Origin: Candidatus Binatia bacterium
Lineage (GTDB): Bacteria > Desulfobacterota > Binatia > UBA9968 > JAJDTQ01
Direction of reading: 5' to 3'
Assembly (NCBI GenBank): GCA_963666515.2
Contig: OY762897.2
Span: forward strand, 3,872,001-3,936,000
Length of the DNA stretch: 64,000 bases
Positions 61,601-64,000 of the stretch are shown piece after piece; the stretch's first letter is position 1; the number at the start of each line of letters is the position of its first letter. The notes below the pieces were generated by a model, which made no database searches, was not told the DNA's origin, and saw nothing but the letters and a program-made list of their open reading frames with translations. A program made the position numbers and the translations under genes.

Positions 61601-64000
61601 GCGGAAGTCTATTCGGCGGGCGTGGATTTGAGCTTCGCGGGTCTGTTCGCCGGAGAGGAGCGGCGGCGGGTGTCGTTGCCGGGGTATCCGTTTCAGCGGC
61701 AGCGTTACTGGGCGGAACCGCCCAGGCGCCGCCGCCGTGTCGGGGAAGCGAACCACCCGCTCCTGGGGGAACGGCGGGATTCGGCCGGCGGCGAGACGAC
61801 GTTCGAGACGGAGCTGTACGCGTCGGAGCCGGAGTGGCTGCGGGATCACCGGGTGTTCGGGCAGGTGGCGGCGCCGGGGGCGATCTACGGAGCGATGGCG
61901 CTGAGCGCCGCGGCGCTGGCCGGCGGGACGCGGCCCGTGGCGGGCGGGGTGGCGGTAGAGGACATGGAGATGCACGCGCCATTGCTGCTGCCGGGAGGGA
62001 ACGGCAAGGGCGGCGAGCCGGGGCGCGCGGTGCAGGTGGTGGTGAGCGCGGCCGGGGAGTCGGGACGGCGTGAGGTGAAAATTTACAGCAAGGGGGACGA
62101 GGAGGAGAAGTGGACGCTGCACGCGGCGGCGCAGACCGCTGGCGCGGTTGAAGAAGCCATGGCGGGTGAGGCGGTGGACGTGGAGGGACTGAAGGAGGAG
62201 CTTGGGGCGGATGAGGCGGCGGAGTTCTATCGCGCGGTTGGGAAGATGGGTGTGGAGTTGGGGCCATCGTTTCGGACGGTGACGGGATTGTGGACGGGAC
62301 CGGGGGAGGCGGTGGGCGAAGTGAGGTTGAGGGAGGGATTGGCGAACGGAGAGACCGGCCTGCATCCGGTTCTGCTGGACGGGTGTTTCCAGGTGCTGGG
62401 AGCGGCGTTGTCGGCGGGCGCCATGGGAGCGGATGAGGAAGGGGAAGAAGGGGATACGGGGGAACAGGAAGCGGTGTACCTGCCGTTCGGGTGGGAGCGG
62501 CTGTGGATACGGGGCGATTTGAAGGAGGGGGTGACGTGCCGTGCGCGGGTGCGCGGGGGCGGGGAGAAGGGAGAAGCGGGGGAAGTGGCGACCGCGGACC
62601 TGTGGTTGTACGGGGAAAGCGGAGAGATGGTGGGGGAGGTCCGGGGACTGGCGCTGAAACGGGCGAGCCGGGGCGCGTTCCTGTCAGTGGGGGTGCGGAC
62701 GGAGGAGTTGCTGTACGTGCCGGAGTGGCGGGAAGCGCCGTATGAAGGCGAGGTGAAGGGTGCGTCGTTCCTGAAGCCGCCGGAGGAAGCGGTTCGTGGT
62801 GGGGGGAGCGTGTCGGAGCACCTGGAGGGGGCAGGGGTGACGGTGGCGGGTGTGAGGGAGTTGCAGGGAGAGTTGGAGCGTGTGGCGCGCGGGTATGCGG
62901 CGCGGGCGCTGGAGGAGTTGGGGTGGCGGCGAGAGGCAGGGGAGGAGGTTTCGGAGGATGAGTTGCGGGAGCGGCTCGGTGTGGTGAAGGATCAGGAGCA
63001 CCTGTTCGGGCGTGTGCTGTGGCTGGCGGCGGAAGCGGGGCTGCTGGAGCGGGTGGAAGGAGAGCGAGGACGGTGGCGGGTTCCGGCAGGATCGTCCGGG
63101 GAGATGGGAGAGGAGGGCTTGCGGGACCCCGGGGGTCTGGCGTCGCGGTTGGTGGAGCGTCACGGGAGAGTGGTGGAGGTGGAGGCGGGGCTGTTGAGCC
63201 GTTGCGGGGGTTCTCTTGCGGAGGTGCTGCAAGGACGGACGGAGCCGCTGGGCCTGCTGTTCGCAGAGGGAGATTCGGGAGCCGCGGAGCTGTATGGGGA
63301 AGCGCCGGTGTCGCGCGCGATGAGCGACCTGTTGGCGGGTGTGCTGGGGAGCGCGGTGAGCGGGCTGCCGGAGGGGCGTGTGCTGCGAGTTCTGGAGGTG
63401 GGAGCGGGCACGGGCGGGACGACGCGGGCGGTGCTGGAGCGTCTTCCTGCGGGGGAGTTCGAGTACGAGTACACGGACGTGAGCGCGTGGTTTTTTGCGG
63501 GTGCGCGGGAGCGGTTCGAGGAGTGGGGGGAGGCGATGGAATACCGGGTTCTGGACCTGGAAGGGGAGCCTGGGGAGCAGGGATTCGAGGAGCACGGGTA
63601 CGACGTGGTGTTGGCGGGGAACGTTCTGCATGCGACGCGTGACATCGTGGCGACGCTGAGGCGTTGTCAGTGGCTGTTGGCGCCTGGGGGGTTGTTGGTG
63701 GCGCAAGAGGGTTTGCGGCGTCAGGGTTTGTGGGACCTGACGTTCGGGATGCTGGCGGGGTGGTGGCGGTTCGTGGAGGGAGGGGACGGCTACCGTGAGG
63801 AGAGTCCGTTGATGGGCGGGGATGAGTGGCGCGGGGCGTTGAGGGAGGCGGGATACGAGGATGTGGCTGTGGTGGGAGAGGCAGAGGGACTGGACTACGG
63901 AGTGATCGTGGCGCGGAGTCCTGAGGAGGCGGCGGAGACGGGCGGGGTATGGGTGTTGTCGTCGGATGCGGGAGTGGAGGGGTTGGAGTTGGCGAAGGAG
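58652..64000 (+). CDS. Modular PKS3, 5' part (runs off the window): dock-KS-AT-DH-cMT-(psiKR...) = M8
   Basis: Not in the ORF track. The ATG at 58652 overlaps the PKS2 stop (ATGA). Hand translation gives [37 protein letters not shown]. The same frame has DTACSS (~59235), GHSVG (~60815), HGFH (~61185), HPLLG (61754), EVGAGTGG (63395) and ends ...VEGLELAKE at 64000. Frame checked at these points only. Confidence 0.93.
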   Translation, partial: MNKYVELSRKLLGELKVRKRRISEFTQPVAVVGLACRFPGGDGLEGFWRLLESGGDAVTEARGKPIGGGMAVYGETRGEGSPAHWGGFVEGVDLFDAEFFRIAPVEARLLDPQQRLLLETSWQALESAAIDPGGLKGSRTGVYAGIASHDYADLMVASGETDSGSVYIATGNTGSTAIGRVAFALGLEGPAVAVDTACSSSLVAVHQAVSGLQRGEADLALAGGVNVLLSPLVTETFRNGGMLSPDGRCKTFDASADGFVRGEGCGVVVLKRLADAEAAGDRIWGVVRGSAVNHDGASAGLTVPNGLAQERVIGDALKQAGVEPSEVDYLEAHGTGTELGDPIEVDAAAAVYGAGRDPAQPLLLGSVKTNIGHLETAAGVAGLIKVLLSMNHGVIPRHLHFRQPNPHVDWDRLPVRVVSEPEAWPRHEGRPARAGVSSFGFSGTNAHVVVEGYGAVAAAGPRHSGEEPVPYLVRGENTAEESGGAGPRHSGESRNPVAGGAGPAVAVGWPEGASEFRPAKGSGGVTGARERRLLALSGRTEEALHALAGRYVEWLEERAELLTPVEGGGEGLSGRELLADMAWTAGVGRSHLGHRAGLTFGEVGELREKLALLAGGSVEVSRVRGRGGAPKVGFLFTGQGSQWAGMGRDLYEGEPVFRAVLDRCEEEVKRLRGESLLEVMFEAGQGPELDHTRWTQPALYALEAGLAALWRSAGVRPAAVLGHSVGEIAAAYAAGVLTLEEGMRLAARRGELMGSLPVDGPRAGSMAAVFGSAGRVEELVAEVNEAVRGGIPGTEGDPPFAGEALSVAGYNGGHVVVSGLTGAVEELVERSRVAGLRAERLRVSHGFHSGLMEPVLDELAGLLEGVEARAPEVELVSNVTGAVLGSGERMDGSYWRRQAREPVAFSAGVAALAGLGVEVLVELGPGPVLGRMAALAWPAEGRGQGDEASSGPGSRSPVVVTSLSGRMAGGGTAGRDAGFPEAVAEVYSAGVDLSFAGLFAGEERRRVSLPGYPFQRQRYWAEPPRRRRRVGEANHPLLGERRDSAGGETTFETELYASEPEWLRDHRVFGQVAAPGAIYGAMALSAAALAGGTRPVAGGVAVEDMEMHAPLLLPGGNGKGGEPGRAVQVVVSAAGESGRREVKIYSKGDEEEKWTLHAAAQTAGAVEEAMAGEAVDVEGLKEELGADEAAEFYRAVGKMGVELGPSFRTVTGLWTGPGEAVGEVRLREGLANGETGLHPVLLDGCFQVLGAALSAGAMGADEEGEEGDTGEQEAVYLPFGWERLWIRGDLKEGVTCRARVRGGGEKGEAGEVATADLWLYGESGEMVGEVRGLALKRASRGAFLSVGVRTEELLYVPEWREAPYEGEVKGASFLKPPEEAVRGGGSVSEHLEGAGVTVAGVRELQGELERVARGYAARALEELGWRREAGEEVSEDELRERLGVVKDQEHLFGRVLWLAAEAGLLERVEGERGRWRVPAGSSGEMGEEGLRDPGGLASRLVERHGRVVEVEAGLLSRCGGSLAEVLQGRTEPLGLLFAEGDSGAAELYGEAPVSRAMSDLLAGVLGSAVSGLPEGRVLRVLEVGAGTGGTTRAVLERLPAGEFEYEYTDVSAWFFAGARERFEEWGEAMEYRVLDLEGEPGEQGFEEHGYDVVLAGNVLHATRDIVATLRRCQWLLAPGGLLVAQEGLRRQGLWDLTFGMLAGWWRFVEGGDGYREESPLMGGDEWRGALREAGYEDVAVVGEAEGLDYGVIVARSPEEAAETGGVWVLSSDAGVEGLELAKE
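60035..60140 (+). repeat. Tandem in-frame REP-like elements in the M8 linker (decayed long form + perfect short form)
   Basis: CGTCACTCCGGCGAAGAGCCTGTTCCGTACTTGGTACGGGGCGAGAAT at 60035 and CGTCATTCCGGCGAAAGCCGGAATCCAG at 60113-60140. Translated as [35 protein letters not shown]. Confidence 0.88.

Noticed and set aside
15213-64000. Diversity-generating retroelement or invertible-segment explanation for the PKS repeats
   Set aside because: No reverse transcriptase or recombinase is in the window, the long repeats are direct, and I saw no adenine-specific mismatch pattern.

Overview
High-GC bacterial DNA in two parts. Bases 1-13 kb hold accessory metabolic genes (SAM methyltransferase, amidohydrolase, Zn-dependent dehydrogenase, ketopantoate-reductase-like enzyme, multicopper oxidase, AAA_14/DUF4143 ATPase, aldo/keto reductase, RND permease with no adaptor gene nearby), then a lower-GC, opposite-strand two-gene cassette (ABC-type ATPase plus a small nuclease-like protein) that is a candidate defence system. 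From 13.2 kb to beyond the window end lies a giant cis-AT modular type I PKS cluster: a fatty acyl-AMP ligase, PKS1 (8263 aa; loading ACP + modules M1-M4), PKS2 (6211 aa; M5-M7) and PKS3 (starts at 58652, runs off the window and is missing from the ORF track; M8 partial). The modules look like duplicated and trimmed copies of one KS-AT-DH-cMT-ER-KR-ACP ancestor, which I infer resembles sponge-symbiont Sup-type PKS. Main observations: (1) a REP-like palindrome found between genes at 4244 is also translated in frame in the KS-AT linker of four modules, in short, nested-hairpin and tandem forms; (2) M1 has a Cys-to-Ser KS, a methyltransferase and no catalytic KR, directly behind a FAAL/ACP loader; (3) the KR catalytic Tyr is His only in methylating modules; (4) M6 carries a foreign A-type KR on a copy of the M2 KS-AT; (5) docking domains have complementary charges; (6) the PKS sense strand is strongly G-rich and C-poor. 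Domain boundaries were placed by eye and are approximate. No database searches were run.
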